Source: Eledone cirrhosa (lineage: Eukaryota). Taken from it: DNA of 64,000 nt. A model generated the notes under the pieces. That model did not search any database. It was not told where the DNA came from and was given only the letters and a program-made list of their open reading frames with translations. Positions 42,241 through 59,474 of the stretch are shown piece by piece; position 1 is the stretch's first letter; each line of letters starts with the position of its first letter. The stretch covers positions 27,156,001-27,220,000 of the forward strand of contig OZ024754.1 of NCBI GenBank assembly GCA_964016885.1, written 5' to 3'. The translations under genes were made by a program, and so were the position numbers.

Positions 42241-43892
42241 TCAATCACTTACACATTAATTCACGAGTTGGGCGTTCATTCAATAAAACATCTAAATGGT
42301 CATCATCGACACCAACGGATGATCCATCCCGAGATTTGTATTAACAACAGCAGTGCATATCGAAAGCAAATATAAACATTAAGGATGAGACCAACAACAA
42401 TAAGAAACTGATTGCATTTATCTTTCGTTTGAAACGAAATCAATCAGATCGAACAATAATGTGTTGTTATCGAATTTCCTTTTGTTTTAGTTTTTGGCGC
42501 TTATTAAATATTATAGATGGGCAGGAAGAAATGAGTGTGTATAGATCAAAAGATACACAGGGAAGTATGTGTGTTTATGTAGATACATAATAGAATGTGT
42601 GTGTATATTTACACAGTGAAATGGTTTCCTGTGTGTGTAGATACTTAATGCACTGTGTATATATTTGCACGATAAATGTGTGTATCTCTGTATTGTTTCT
42701 ACAGTGTTTTTGCAATTACATTTTTTGTTCTGTGTAGATATTTAATGAAATGTTTGGGTACCTGTGTGTGTATTGTGTAGTATTAGTGTGTGTCCTGTAC
42801 TAAATTCGTGCTATGAAATTGATTATAATTGTTTTTTTTTTGTACAATATCTTCGATTAATGATTTTGATCAGGAAAATTTTTCAAGTATGATTTTATTA
42901 AAATTACTCATTAATTTCATTTCAAATCAGCAGATACAAAACATAATTTATGCAAGAGGTTAAAATAACATTACTAAAAATCAAATAAAAAACATTCCAT
43001 ACATTAATGAAAATAAAACAATCTATATAGAAATTAAAATGAATTATTAAAAATAAGGAAATATAAAAACATTCACTATAAACAAAATTCATATAAAATG
43101 TAAAAGAAAAAAATTGAAAATACAAGTTAAATGGAACAGAGTGAAAAATAAATAAAAAATGAAATTTTCAATAAAAAAGAATCAAAATTCGAAAAGGAAA
43201 CCCCAGAACGTAGTACACAATATTTTACATACAGATTGACATTGAATATAAAATATGGTTGGTGTATTGGTTTCAAATTTTGAAAATTTAAAAAACGCAT
43301 TTTGAATATTTATTAGATATCACGGCATGTCTTTATCGCTAAATATTTATCTGTATTATAATGGTGTTTAATTTAATGTTGTTGGACATTTGACTGTCCG
43401 ACGATGTATGATTCAATTGTTTACCCAATAGAACTCACTGTTCGTGAAATTACGAAGGGTTGTTGAATAGTTCCTGGCTCTAAGGGTGCCGTGAAAGGGT
43501 ACAGCTGTTACCTTTACAGGGGAGGTAGGACCGCTGCAATAAGTGTGTGAATCTGTGAGGGGAATATGTTGAATAAAATCATAATTAACTGATCCTCATG
43601 CATTTTCTTTTACCGAAAGCCAGGACTTTTCAGCACCCTTTCGTAATTCATTGAGCCTTTCTTAAACGCGTGTACCCTTAATGTAGTTCTGAAGGATACT
43701 CAGCGTGATACACTGTGTGACAGTGTTAGCCCTTTCAATTACAGGTACAGGCCAGCTTGTATTATACTTTCAGTGGTTGAAATCACCACAGACAAGTGAA
43801 CTCTTATGGTAGTTCTCAAGATAATTCAGTGTGACACGGCATGTGATAGCTATGCTATTTGATATAATTCATTGTTTCCCAGCTGAATGAGG

Positions 43893-44011
43893 GTGGTGGA
43901 CTGGCAGAGCCGGTAGAGCACCGGACAACATGCCTTGCAGCATAGAGGTACGTCCCTTTACGTTATGAGTTCAAATCCCGCCGAGGTTAACTTTCTCTTT
44001 CATCCTTACGG
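43893..44011 (+). mobile_element. SINE family A, 5' half
   Basis: GGTGGTGGACTGGCAGAGCCGG...GAGTTCAAATCCCGCCGAGG. Confidence 0.85.
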
Positions 44012-44369
44012 ATGGACGATTAATTTAAAATTCATCCGACGGGCTTCCTAATAGTTTCCATATACGCGATTTAATTCCTCCTCGCCATATGATCGAACAC
44101 ACACGACTATATATTCAGTAAATATACATGGCTGATCATACAAGGCATGTGTATATAAACGTTATAGAATTATTCAGATGCTGAATCAGAGTTAGAATAT
44201 CAAATATTCACATCTAAATGTAACCCCAAATCAATTTAATGAGCATTTAAAATACATCAATATATGTAAATACATGCATAACTTTGAATATTTTCATTCA
44301 ACACTGAATAATAATTTAATCAATTTTTAACCAATTTACAACAATATGAATATCGAGGAAAGTTACTCG

Positions 44370-44660
44370 ATATAGTGCATAGTTGAGCGATCAGGGAGTC
44401 ACTCCAAGTAGAGCCGCTACTCCAAATTGAGAGATTACAGCTCCGATACTATGGGCATGTGCTTAGAATGTCTTAGGAAAGAATCACTAGACAGATTTCA
44501 AGGACAAAACCAGCTGGAAAGTTTGGCTGGTCTCGTTTGGGGGTCCAGCTGAATCAGTTGGAGACAGTAGCTTCTGATAGGACCCACTGGAACGAGTGTT
44601 TGAGGACTCTGCCCCTACGATCTTCTCAGGAATATAATAGGTAAAGAAGTGAGGAAGTTA
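44370..44660 (+). pseudogene. RTE-clade LINE 3' fragment
   Basis: QVEPLLQIERLQLRYYGHVLRMS*ERITRQ...WSRLGV..VASDRTHW. Confidence 0.8.
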
Positions 44661-45118
44661 TTGATACCACACAACACAACAAAAGAAACAACAATAGGTT
44701 AGGTATAATATGCAACAGTTCATGAAATGATTGTAACGCATCCCATTAGCAAGCACTTCATACAGAGGAGAAGAACGTAAAAATATATACATATTGATAA
44801 AATTCAGAACTTGTACCATAGAAACTATAAATTCTCACGAGGAAATATGAAAATTAACCTGATAAAAAATGCTGATCAAATAACACCACACGCAAGTAAT
44901 TACAATAGTACACACAAGAACAGAACAACACGCCAGTATTTACAACAGTACACACAAGAACAGAGTTATATCTCTGGCTTGACTAGCCCCACTCTCACCC
45001 ATAGGCCTACACACACACACGCATTTGAAGTTAGTAATATCTAATTACCTTCTATTGCATTCTTAAACTCAATCGCAGTACTCATATACATAAACAAACA
45101 CGCATACATACACACACA

Positions 45119-45222
<104 letters not shown>

Positions 45223-45383
45223 CAATGTTAATTTATTTAGCAGCATCTCTTACTACTAATACATGTCGATACACACACTTATATTAACATACTTTTGCTC
45301 ATAGCTTCGTACTTACATGCACACACACTCTTTTACTCACATATACAAAACATTTCTTCTTAGCTTCGTACGTACCTATAATA

Positions 45384-45414
<31 letters not shown>

Positions 45415-45618
45415 TGCTTACGCACGTGCTCAAGTATAGCTCTTTTCACAAAACGGTTTTTTTCCATTTCAGGGAGACGCGCCCCATCATCCACTTTTCT
45501 AAAAAACAAATCATACACAAAACGCCAGCATCAACAGTTTTGCAAGAGATGTCAACATGAATGGACCTGTTATTTTTATCTAAAGACGTCCCCTCAATCT
45601 ATTTTATTTCTCATTCTT

Positions 45619-45654
45619 TTTTCTGATGAAGGACTAGCGTCCGAAACATTAAAA
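45619..45654 (+). ncRNA. Minimal HHR-like motif (family of 5774)
   Basis: TTTT-CTGATGA-AGGAC TAGC GTCC-GAAA-CATT-AAAA within a ~200 bp repeat shared with 5675-5900. Confidence 0.65.
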
Positions 45655-45743
45655 CCCTCTTCCTGCTATATCAAGCGTTAACCTAATATATCCCTTCCAT
45701 ATAGTGTACCGATTGTGTTGTTATTTCTGTTCACCTTTTACAT

Positions 45744-45807
<64 letters not shown>

Positions 45808-45902
45808 GGTATCCCCCCAAATTATATACACAATTTGATTAGAATATGCTGTTGATGTGTGTATATATTTTTGGAACAACGTATATATATATATATATAT
45901 AT

Positions 45903-46452
45903 ATTGGTAAACGGAAAAGAAAATGCTGACAAATTGTTCACAGTGAAAAATAGTTTAATTAGGAATAAGTGAGAATTAGTAATAGTATTGGTTAGTATTC
46001 AGTTTTGGTTTTAAGTTTTACAGGTTGCGCATTTCTAATGCTTTTCAAAAATAATTTTGAGATAGAGCGTCCGTGATGTTTGCTCTAATCTTATTACTAA
46101 TTCTCACTTATTCCTAATTAAACTATTTTTCACTGTGAACAATTTGTCAGCATTTTCTTTTCCGTTTACCAATATATCATAACTTGTGTGTTACACCTCT
46201 ATTCCGTGCTGTTTGCTCTGATCAGAGCAAACAGCACGGACACTCTATCTCAAAATTATTTTTGAAAAGCATTTAGAAATGCGCAACCGGTAAAAACTTA
46301 AAAACTTAAAACCACAACTGAATACTAACCCATACAATCACTAATACTCTTTTATTCCTAATTAAACCATTTTTCAACTGTGAACAATTTGTCAGCATTT
46401 TCTATTCCGTTTACCAATATATAATAACTTGTGTGTTACACTTCTATTCTTT

Positions 46453-46458
<6 letters not shown>
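45903..46458. repeat. Complex nested inverted/direct repeat between (TA)n tracts
   Basis: 45903-45985 inverted at 46090-46176 and again at 46345-46421; 46000-46075 inverted at 46240-46330; small palindrome 46204-46240. Confidence 0.8.
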
Positions 46459-48245
<1,787 letters not shown>

Positions 48246-48500
48246 TATATATATATATTGACCTCAAAACATTGTTTTTCCACAATAAAATCAGGTTAAT
48301 TCACAACTTACGAGCGACATTGAGATTCCGATATATATCATATTCCACATATTGCCACATTGTCGGGAAACTGTGCACGAATCGGAACTAAATACTAATT
48401 TATAGATTTATTTTAATCTATCGCTGTATTTCAATCATCATTCTCCGTTTCCCTATCATCTTCCACTCGAATAAATTATTATTATTATTGGCAATATCTT

Positions 48501-48625
48501 TATGATCTGAGTTCAAATCCCGCCGAGGTTAACTTTGCCTTTCATCCATACGGGGTCGATAAAATAAAGTACCAGTAATGTACTGGGTAATTGCTGGCCT
48601 TGTGCCAAAAGTAGAAACAATTATT
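48501..48625 (+). mobile_element. SINE family A, 5'-truncated
   Basis: B-box through tail match the consensus. Confidence 0.85.
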
Positions 48626-49733
48626 ATTGGCAGTATCGGTAGAGTATAGAGTGTGTTGTGGCATAGAGTTACAGCCCTTTATGTTCCAGCATCTCAACAA
48701 ACAACGTGTGGATTTCAACAGAACGAAAGAGTTATGTTGCTACGAATTCTGTTACTACCTGAACTACACCTATTAAAAGATGTGTAGTGTATAGTTTCAT
48801 GAAAATTTAAACAAAAATAATTACTCTAGAAATATCAAGGAGATAATGAAATTAACCCAAATCTAATATGTTCCCTGTTCTACTTACGCGCATAAAAACG
48901 TGTTCAAATCTTGCTCTGGTCCTTTTAGGTTTAAATCTCTAACAGAATACAGTAATACCAACCTCTTTAATCCCCTTTCAAATTGGTATGATCTCAAGAA
49001 TAAAAATAAATATTGTTAGAAAAAATAAAGATTGTGTTTTGAGAAACAAATTAGAAGTAATATAGCTATATTTAGAATGTGGCTGTTGCCACAGAGAATG
49101 CCTGAACATCATCCATTATGATTTTATATTGTATTATTATAGCTGTATACGATTTCATGACAAATACAATTCAACCCAGCCTTAAATGGTATTTTCTCAG
49201 GAGTCAAAATACATCTGACAAGAAGGAAAAAAGGATTTTATTTGGAAAGCAAATACGAGATAATAGAGCTATATTTAGAATATAACTGATGGATTAAAAG
49301 TGAGGAGCAAAGTAGCATATCACAAGCAATAAGTGTACATTCATTTCAGACAGTGGATAATAATTCTACTGAGAATCGATAAAATTATGTTTTGTAACCC
49401 AATCTACGTTGAAATGCCGATGAAAACATCAAATACAAATAAATAAGCAACAATCAAAAGATGTAACAAGGGAGGGAAAATAGACATAAAAATGTCCAGC
49501 CTTGAATTGACTTCATGTAATATCAAAATGATAAGTTTGTAAACGATATAACCGCTACCACAAATCACAGACACTTATACACTCTGTAATGTTATTCATT
49601 TACTGGGGCACTGCCCAAGATATGTTTGCTCATATCATCCCTGGTACTTATTGTCTTTTTTAAAGTCTGCCATTTATTTTATCGATTTCTCATTCGTTGA
49701 GCTGCTATGCTACCGGGGATATACGCAGACAGA

Positions 49734-49890
49734 CGGCGAATTGGCAGAGTCGTTAGAACGTCGGATAGAATGCTTTATGATATTTGTTCAGGCTCTCTGC
49801 TCATGGTGTTCAAATCCTACTCAGGTCAACTTTGCCTTTCATCCTTTCGAGGGCAGCAAAATAAGTTCCAGTCTAGTATTGGGTCGATTC
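49734..49890 (+). mobile_element. SINE family A-related variant
   Basis: GGCGAATTGGCAGAGTCGTTAG...GTTCAAATCC...GCCTTTCATCCTTTCGAGG; sister copy at 51357-51510. Confidence 0.8.
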
Positions 49891-50139
49891 TTCCTCTATA
49901 TCTCTTTCTCATTTCCTCTATCTCACTTTCTGTCTCTCTCTCTCTCTAAATATATCTACACACACATACACACACACACACATATAAATATATTTATGTA
50001 TGTATAGCTTGTTCAGTAGCGAAACAAATGTTACTTTAAGCAAAATGAAAGTATCTAAACTAAAGCTTGTTTCTTTAGTAAACAAACCTTATCTATCAAA
50101 GGGTAATTAAATGAATAATTATATGGTACTAAGAAGTAC

Positions 50140-50782
50140 AGAGAGAGATGGAGGGGTAGAGATAGAGTGAGAGTGAGAGAGAGGGAGAGAGAGGGCGTAA
50201 GAGGGAGTAAGAGGTAGAGAGTGAGTGAGCGGTAGAGAGAGTGTGAGAGGTAAAGAGAGAGTAAGAGAGGTAGAGAGAGAGAGTGAGGGGTAGAGATAGA
50301 ATGAGAGGGAGAGAGAGAGAGTAAGAGGTAGAGAGAGAGTGAGCGGTAGAGAGAGTGTGAGAGGTAGAGAGAGAGAGAGTGAGAGAGAGCTAGAGATAGA
50401 GAGGTAGAGTGTGTGAGAGGTAGAGACAGATATATATAGAGAGAGGTACAGAGAGTGAGAGGTAAAGATAGCGGGAGAGCTAGAGATAGGGAGGTAGAGA
50501 GAGTGAGGGGTTGATAGAGGTAGAGAGGTAGAGAGAGTGGGGGAGTGATAGAGGTAGAGAGGTAGAGAGAGTGAGGGAGTGATAGAGGTAGAGAGGTAGA
50601 GAGAGTGAGGGAGTGATAGAGGTAGAGAGGTAGAGAGAGTGAGAGAGTGATAGAGGTAGAGAGAGTGAGGGAGTGATAGAGATAGAGAGGTAGAGAGAGT
50701 GATAGAGGTAGAGAGGTAGAGAGAGTGAGGGAGTGATAGAGGTAGAGAGGTAGAGATATATAGATATATATAAAGAGAGAGA
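50140..50782. repeat. GA-rich cryptic minisatellite (GAGAGAGTGAGGGAGTGATAGAGGTA-like)
   Basis: Visible tandem purine-rich units. Confidence 0.9.
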
Positions 50783-51039
50783 TTACATTTGCTGGGGTGT
50801 AGAGTCAGGGACAAGAAAGTGAATTATACTTTGTTGTCTGAATGTCTTTAATTTCAAATGGAACGCCGTGGCGGAGAAAATAATTGCTCAAAATAACTGT
50901 TTCATTACACTTTAGCAACCAGTCATGAGCGGTTATAGTTTAAACATAGGAAGAGTGTCTTTGTTGGTAAGAGTGTCTTTTGCCGGTCCAGGTAAAAGAG
51001 CTCAGCATGCTATTTTGCCGGTAAGAGTGTCTGTCAGAC

Positions 51040-51510
51040 ACCGTGATTTGCAGCATAAAGTTGTGACCCTTTACGGTCTGAGTTCAAATCCCGCCGACTT
51101 TAGCTTTGCCTTTCATCTTTATGGAGTCGATAAAATAAAGTACCAGTAATGCCCTGGTTTCGATTTAATTGACTTTCCCCTCCCACAAAATTGTTGGCCT
51201 TGTGCCTAAATCAGAAACCACCGCTGTGGTTAACTTTGCCTTTCATCCTTACAGGGTCGATTAAATAAAGTACCAGTAATACACTGGGATAATTGCTGGC
51301 CTTGTGCCAAAAGTAGAAACAATTATTATGAAGGTAAGTAATGTTAAAACTAGACTGCGAATTGGCGGAGTCGTTAGAACGTCAGATAGAATTCTTTATG
51401 GTATTTGTTCCGGTCTCTGCTCTCTGAGTTCAAATCCCGATGAGGTCAACTTTGCCTTTCATCCTTTCGAGGGCGATAAAAAATGTACCAGCCTAGTACT
51501 TGGGTTGATT
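51040..51510 (+). mobile_element. Cluster of three SINE family A-related copies
   Basis: Repeated GCCTTTCATC...GTCGAT..AATAAAGTACCAG cores. Confidence 0.85.
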
Positions 51511-52527
51511 CTTCCTCTATACATCTTCCTCATTTTGCTCTCTCTCTCTCTCTCACTTTCTATCTTTCTCTAAAAGAAATCTCTCCAACCTGGAAAGGAA
51601 ATGGGACACCTGGCTTAAAATGCCCAAGAAACGCCGTATGTCAATACGGCGTCCCTACGACTTCCCAACGACCATACCAATGTTAAAAATAACATCACAC
51701 AGATTTAACAAAGGAATTTATCTATTTTCACCACCAATTATTAAGTCAATTTAAACCCTAACCCTAACCCAACACTAATACTGTTTATATATACCGGTAA
51801 AATAAGCTCTAAAAGCATGCATGCCTATTTTACTTTTTTCGTTTATCAAACTGCGACCCTGGTGGGTCACAGCCTAGAAATAATTTAATCAATCATATCG
51901 ACCCCAATAGTCTTGTATATATTTTAACAATGGTTTTTGTTTTGTCGAATTGCTAGGTTACGGTGCATAAACTATAAAATGCACGCATATACAGGAGAGG
52001 CTGCCGCGTAGTTTCCACTTACCAAATTTCGTTAACATATCATTGCTCAAATCGAGGCCTTCTTAGAAATCACTCGCTCAAGGTCCTACGAAATGGGAAT
52101 GAACTTGTAGAATTCTGGAGTGGCCAAAATATATATAGTGACTGAGTGTAAATGTGATATATTTTATGAATGTGTAGTGATTAATTAGACTTCTATCTTA
52201 GGATTAAATTGATATATATATATATATATATATGATCACACGATATATATACATAATTATATAATTTATATATAATATATATATACTATATATATCACCT
52301 TGACTGGTCACAGCACGTCGTGCTGTTTTAGCCATAAGATAACGTCATCCCACTGGCTGGGCGGGCAGGCCGGTACTCATTTCTACAGCTGAGTAAACAG
52401 GAGCAACGTGAAATAAAGTGTCTTGCTCAAGGAAACAACACATCACCCGGTCCGAGAATTGAACTACCAACCTTTCGATTGCAAGCCCAATGCTTTAACC
52501 ACTAAGCCATGCACCTTCACACACACA

Positions 52528-52584
<57 letters not shown>

Positions 52585-52634
52585 TATGTATGTATATATA
52601 TATATATATGTATGTATATATATATATATGTATG

Positions 52635-52670
<36 letters not shown>

Positions 52671-52689
52671 CATTTATATATTATATAAT

Positions 52690-52768
<79 letters not shown>

Positions 52769-53315
52769 ATAAGTGTATAATTATATAATATATAAATGAA
52801 TATATATAGATGGGAACATGTACGGCATGAACTCAGTCCTTTCATATTGGGAGACTAAATCTTTCCAGTTCAGAGCACAGTCATCTTCGAGTGTGTGTGT
52901 CGGGGGGTGGGGGATGTTGGTGGAACCGACCACAGTATTGATCTGGTATTTCCTATATCGACCATGAATGGACGAAAAGTAAAGTTGGCATCGACCGGAC
53001 GGAAACTGAGCTTAGAGAGCCAGGGCAAATAAGCCATTGCATTATTGGAGCGGTGAAATAGCGATGTTTATATGAATGTATGTATAGTATATTCTATAAT
53101 TCTCGACAGAAGAGGGGGGAGGATGAGTAGTCTTGAGAGAGAAACAGGACTGTCGATTGGTCCTTTTTCTGTCGAGAACGAGTAAGTGACATAGTCACTA
53201 CTTTAAAATTCATAGCGAATGGTCTTCAAAATGTTCTTAATTAAACATACAGTATATTATCAAGTATACTATAAATGCATTCATATATATATATCGCTAT
53301 TTCAGAGCACCAATA

Positions 53316-53382
<67 letters not shown>

Positions 53383-54628
53383 ATGTATATATGTGTGTAT
53401 GTATGTATATATAAGGGGGCACACGGGACAAAGTAAACAGCAAACAGAATCAATGATAGGCGTATACACATGAAACCAAGTGTATAATAAGTAAATAAAG
53501 AATAACAAAGACAAACACAATACAATAAACAAATAACAAAGCCATAGCACAATACTGACATAAAAGTATTGCAAGTTAGATATATTAAACAATAAGATAG
53601 CAGATATATTAATCGATATTGATTAACGCTGAAGAGAAGTAGGTTCGTGGCCATGAACGAAACAGCTAGAAGGGGATGGAGGGAGTTTTATAATTTGATG
53701 CTTGCACTGGAATAAGAGCGGCCATTATTTTAAGTGCATTGCTTTTCGCTTGTATTTATATATTTATATGTTATTCATATTTGAATATTTCCAAACACAA
53801 AGAAGATAATTATTACACAACGATGGTGGAAAATTTAAAATAAAAATAAAAATGGATGCATTAAATATACTAAAATATATTATAATAGAGGCATACGTAC
53901 ATATATATGTTTTTTTATTTATATATATATACATATACACACACAGCCGCTAACAAACAAGTAAACACGCACACTTACTAGCACATGCATACACACAAAA
54001 GCACATTTACAGAAATACACACACACAGACACATATATATATGCATATAAATAGATAAATATATATACATATACGAACAAAGAAACTTAAAAGAACAAAT
54101 TTGTTTGAAGCATATTTGAGAATATGTTTTTAAAACTATAGTTAAAGGGAATATGCAAGTGTATATGCATACACATACACACACACACACATACACATTT
54201 ATGTATATATCTATATATAGACGTATATATGTATATATGCTTAAATATATACATAATTATATACACACGAAAACACACATACGTATATTATATATATATA
54301 AACATATAAATATATATATAAATATTCATACACACACACACACATATGCATGTATATACATATATTAATTTGTTATAAGGGATATTAATCTAGGATGTAT
54401 AAACGTAGAAAACCCACAACATAGCTAATATAAACTATGAAAGGTAAAATAATTACTTATACAATAAGATGTAAAGAAACTATGAGAATTCATTGGTTAA
54501 TGCAGATGTTTTGCGGGGATTAATGTTTTAACTTTTCATTTCATTTTATTTCAAAATATTCTTCAACACACGAAGAACAAATGATTTTAATTAAAGTTGG
54601 GCATTCAGAAATACAAAATGCCCACCCC

Positions 54629-54681
<53 letters not shown>

Positions 54682-54705
54682 AAATGTGTGAGATCCTTGG
54701 TACAG

Positions 54706-55066
54706 TTAGGTATATTTTAAAAATAGGAAAAGAATGACTTCACTTGTAGTGTTAACAAATTTTATGATTTAATGTTATAATATTATAATATTATGAGTTG
54801 GTAGATCCAGTAAGTTCTTTGTTAACTTCGGTGGGGAGAATTTTAGAGATTCCTGGTTAACTTAGTTTGACAATCGCCACAGACAGACGAATGCGAGAAA
54901 GTTCTCCAACCCAAGTTAACCAGGAATATCTAAAATTCTTCCAAAAGAAGGTAACAAAGAACATACAGGATCTACCAACTCATAATATTATAATATTATA
55001 ACATTAAATCATAACATTTTTTAACACTACAAGTGAAGTCATTCTTTTCCTTTTTTTAAAATATAT
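54706..55066. repeat. Inverted repeat (~165 bp arms) between (TA)n tracts
   Basis: 54710-54870 vs 54905-55065 are reverse-complementary with scattered mismatches. Confidence 0.85.
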
Positions 55067-55082
55067 ACATATATATATATGA

Positions 55083-55144
<62 letters not shown>

Positions 55145-55150
<6 letters not shown>

Positions 55151-55508
55151 AAAGGATAACAAGGACGATTGATTACTCCTTCATTGCAATTATTGATAGG
55201 TGACGCGCGTTTCGCCACTGATCAGCTCAAGGTTCGATCTGTATCGATCCTACCCGACTCAATTAAAAGGCTCCGTCGAGCTGCCGATTATTGAGTCGGG
55301 TAGGATCGATACAGATCGAACCTTGAGCTGATCAGTGGCGAAACGCGCGTCACCTATCAATAATTGCAATGAAGGAGTAATCAATCGTCCTTGTTATCCT
55401 TTCAATATATTACACTCTGTATAGCTCTACACCTCATCACAGAAGTGAACCTACACATCGAGTGCTCTCCCGGGTGAACCTGCAGTAACTCCAAGTTACA
55501 CCCCCTGG

Positions 55509-55510
<2 letters not shown>
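55145..55510. mobile_element. Palindromic PLE-type insertion (~119 bp arms, 55145-55263 and 55290-55409) plus tail
   Basis: Arms appear identical; carries the GAAACGCGCGTC-ACC half of the 23246-23330 HHR family. Confidence 0.85.
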
Positions 55511-55557
<47 letters not shown>

Positions 55558-55589
55558 ACATCCAAACATTATAAACGTCGTCATATATA

Positions 55590-55872
55590 GGTTAACTTTG
55601 CCTTTCATCCTTATGGGGTCGATAAAATAAAGTACCAGTAATGCACTGGTAATTGCTGACCTTGTGCCAAAAGTAGAAACAATTATTATTATTATATTTC
55701 ATTCTGAGTTCAAATCCCACCGAGGGACCAGTAATGCACTGGGTAATTGCTGGCCTTGTGCCAAAAGTAGAAACAATTATTATTATTATATTTCATTCTG
55801 AGTTCAAATCCCACCGAGGTACCAGTAATGCACTAGGGTAATTGATGGCCTTGTACCAGACGTAGAAACATT
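55590..55872 (+). mobile_element. Tandemly duplicated SINE family A fragments
   Basis: Three repeats of ACCAGTAATGCACT..GGCCTTGTGCCAAAAGTAGAAAC. Confidence 0.85.
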
Positions 55873-56713
55873 ATTATTACTATATAAAAGAAATCAAAGT
55901 AATGATAGTCACTTATGCAAATATTTACTGAAATAAGTTTCGTTCTTCACTTACATTAGATTGTGGGCAGGTAGTAAATGTCCGCATTTCCCGAATACTT
56001 ATGTGTGTCCTACAAAATAAATGACAAAAATGGAAATAAATATATATGTATATAGTGTTGTGTAACCACTTCTACCTAACTCGTCCCATGGACTGAGTGC
56101 TCTACTACTACGGATATTACCTTCCAGTGTTCTACCACTGTATATAGTGTATATATGTGTAATGAGTGTATATTTATATTTAGGGTGGTTATTGATGCTG
56201 AATAGACAGGTTGGAGCAATAACAGTCATATTTACATATAAATATATCGACAGACGATCGGCAAGATCCCAGACCTCCTTCACTTAACGAATGGTTTGGA
56301 TTACGTCAAATCGAACCTAGGAAACAATGTTTCCACTGTTTTTTTTCCAATTGATTATATTATCTGTCGGTCGCAAATCCATATATAAGTATACTTTGAT
56401 CACATATATCCAGTTATTAAGGTACATGTTTATCAGAAACCTCATATAACGGTAACTGCCATCAAAATTACCTTTAACATTCGTTGTCTCTACAATCGTC
56501 CTTAGTTTTTATTACTAATATTATGTGAATGAGACCGGTGAGCTTCATTGCATTGGGCGGTGGAATAGCAGTTCAGTTTCGGTAGAGCGTCGGACAACAT
56601 ACTTTGCTGCATTAAATTACGGTCCTTTAGGTTCTGACTTCAAATCCTGCAGACGTTATTTTATATATAGATACAAACACATACACACACACACACGCAC
56701 ACATACACACACG

Positions 56714-56903
<190 letters not shown>

Positions 56904-56912
56904 TACATGCAT

Positions 56913-56974
<62 letters not shown>

Positions 56975-57013
56975 ATATACATGCATACACACACGCACAT
57001 ATATATGTATATG

Positions 57014-57045
<32 letters not shown>

Positions 57046-57092
57046 TGTGTGTGCGTGTGTGTGTGTGAGTATGTGTATAGATATATATATAT

Positions 57093-57157
<65 letters not shown>

Positions 57158-57159
57158 GA

Positions 57160-57667
57160 TGATGATTTGGGACACCCTGCAGGACAAAAAACAAAACCTG
57201 ACAAAGGGCGGAAGAACTCATGAGTCAACGGCTATACAAAAATGTGTAAATATATATATATGCATGTATATATGTGTGTATGTATATGTGTATATACATG
57301 TATACATATGTATATATATGCGCGGGGACATAGTAATAATCGAGCTGGATATCCGATCCCGTGGGTAAACCACTGAGAGTGAAGGACCCCTAGCCTTTGT
57401 CAGGGCATTCTTCTAGAAGGCAACTCAGAAAACAGGAATAACTCCGACATAAAAACCTGCGGCTCAGTAGTTACCGATGATGTTGATCTATTCTGTTTTT
57501 CGTGTTATAGATACTGTTACTCAAAGAGTGGGATTGGCTCAGTGCACAGTCTTTTCTCACTTTAAAAAAATCATCACGCACAAGCATTGCATGATAGCAT
57601 TAATTGATAATTATTAATAATGTTATATCGTGCAATGGCCATACTCGATATCGAGGGGGCAGCCATC
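57160..57667 (-). mobile_element. Repeat family C
   Basis: Reverse complement of 26590-27090. Confidence 0.8.
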
Positions 57668-57680
57668 ATATATACATGAA

Positions 57681-57748
<68 letters not shown>

Positions 57749-59291
57749 GATAAATCTACCATATATATTTATATACTGTCACGAAAACGAAGCACAGCGA
57801 AGTATTACTTCCCAAACTTTTCTGTTTATGACAAATAAACCTTATCATATAATCATGAGCCAAACACATTGTCCAGGAATCAAACTCACGACATTACGGT
57901 TATGGGTCTAACGCCCGAACCACTAGGTCATGTACTCTCCAATATCTATGGTGGTTATTCCATCTCAGATGCTAGGATGAATTCATATCTCTTTTAACGC
58001 TAACAGAGCATTGATATTTTTGAAGTCGTATTTTCTTTGTTGGAAACATGGGAAAAAGCAAGGGGTGAGATTTCACACTTCCTGAGTTTCACGTGAGGGC
58101 TTTATTATTATATTTTCTTTACTTTCGTACAATGAATCCCTTTTCTGTAAAAAATCCTCTAATCGATAATCGATAAAAAATGGTATATTTTCGGCTGCGA
58201 TTCTTACTTTCACTTCAAATAGGACCATTAAAACAGTTTCCGCCGTATAGGAGCCTCTGGCAATGGTTTTTCATCTCGTGTGATCTTGTGTAAAGTTTAA
58301 GGTTAAAATTTTTGCTCGTAACATGACCACTACTACGATGTCCAGCTAGAATAATGTTACCATTGGAATTATATATAATCTCCATATTATTGACTGACTA
58401 CAAATATCAAGTACAAAGACTCTGTCAACAGTGGGATAATGGACAAAGGCATGTCTTAGCTGTTAAAAAATTTGTTTGACAATCATGAGGTACCAGGTTT
58501 AATCGCATCGCGTGAATTCTTGAGCGGCTGCCTTTGCCATAACCTCGGGTCGGCCTAACCTTTGTAAGAGACGCGACTAGAGTATGGCAAGCATGGCACA
58601 TACTAATAGCGCCATTTGAGGGTGGCACAAATTGAACTAGAAATACTTCCTTTAAAGTCAGATAAGCTATATAATCGGAGAGCGAAAAAGAAACTTCTTT
58701 AGATGTATGATCTACCTTTGATTATCATGGCTGAGAAGAGATAACGTGGCTGGATCATTAAAACATTTATATATAGAGAGAGATATATGAAACAAAAACA
58801 TTAGGCCCAGAGTTAAACATGCAGTGATGGGCTAGGGCGCAATTTCACTGCTTGTCATAGGCGCCAATATCCCTTGTTACGCCTCTGCAACCTAGCAACG
58901 TCAATGTCGTCATCATCATCATCACACGACCACAACAACCATTGACGATCTGAACTTCCAGCTATCAAACCATTCGGTCATCATTATATGTCGCATGTCA
59001 TATAATTTTTCTAGTTTTGGCACAAGGTCACCAATTATCCCAGTGCATTACCGATGAAATAAAGTACTAGTAATGCATTTGGATAATTTCTGGCCTTGTT
59101 CCAAAACTAGAAAGAATTATATGACATGCGACACTTTGTCAACACCAACAGTTAACATGCATCAATACGACCCACCCGGCTTTTTCCAGCCATAATTACG
59201 AGATTGCGAATATCCATTGATGTATGTATATAAAGGGGTTTACCATCCACTACTAGGTTTGTAAACACCTGCTGCCTGTCACCTCTGTCTT

Positions 59292-59324
<33 letters not shown>

Positions 59325-59474
59325 TGTTATACTTTGGGAGGGTCATGTTGCCAATAAGAAACACACGCACCAGAAACTTTCACTTCAATTTATTATAATA
59401 AATTTATAAATTTAGGAATTTATAAATTTTCGGTTGGTTGGTTGGTTCCACAACCAGATGATTGTTTATATATT

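Noticed and set aside
51752-51772. TAAACCCTAACCCTAACCC telomere-like repeat
   Set aside because: Only about three units; too short to call an interstitial telomere.
54880-54910. CAGACGA...GAAAGTTCTC HHR-like motif
   Set aside because: The core is altered and stems I and II do not pair convincingly.
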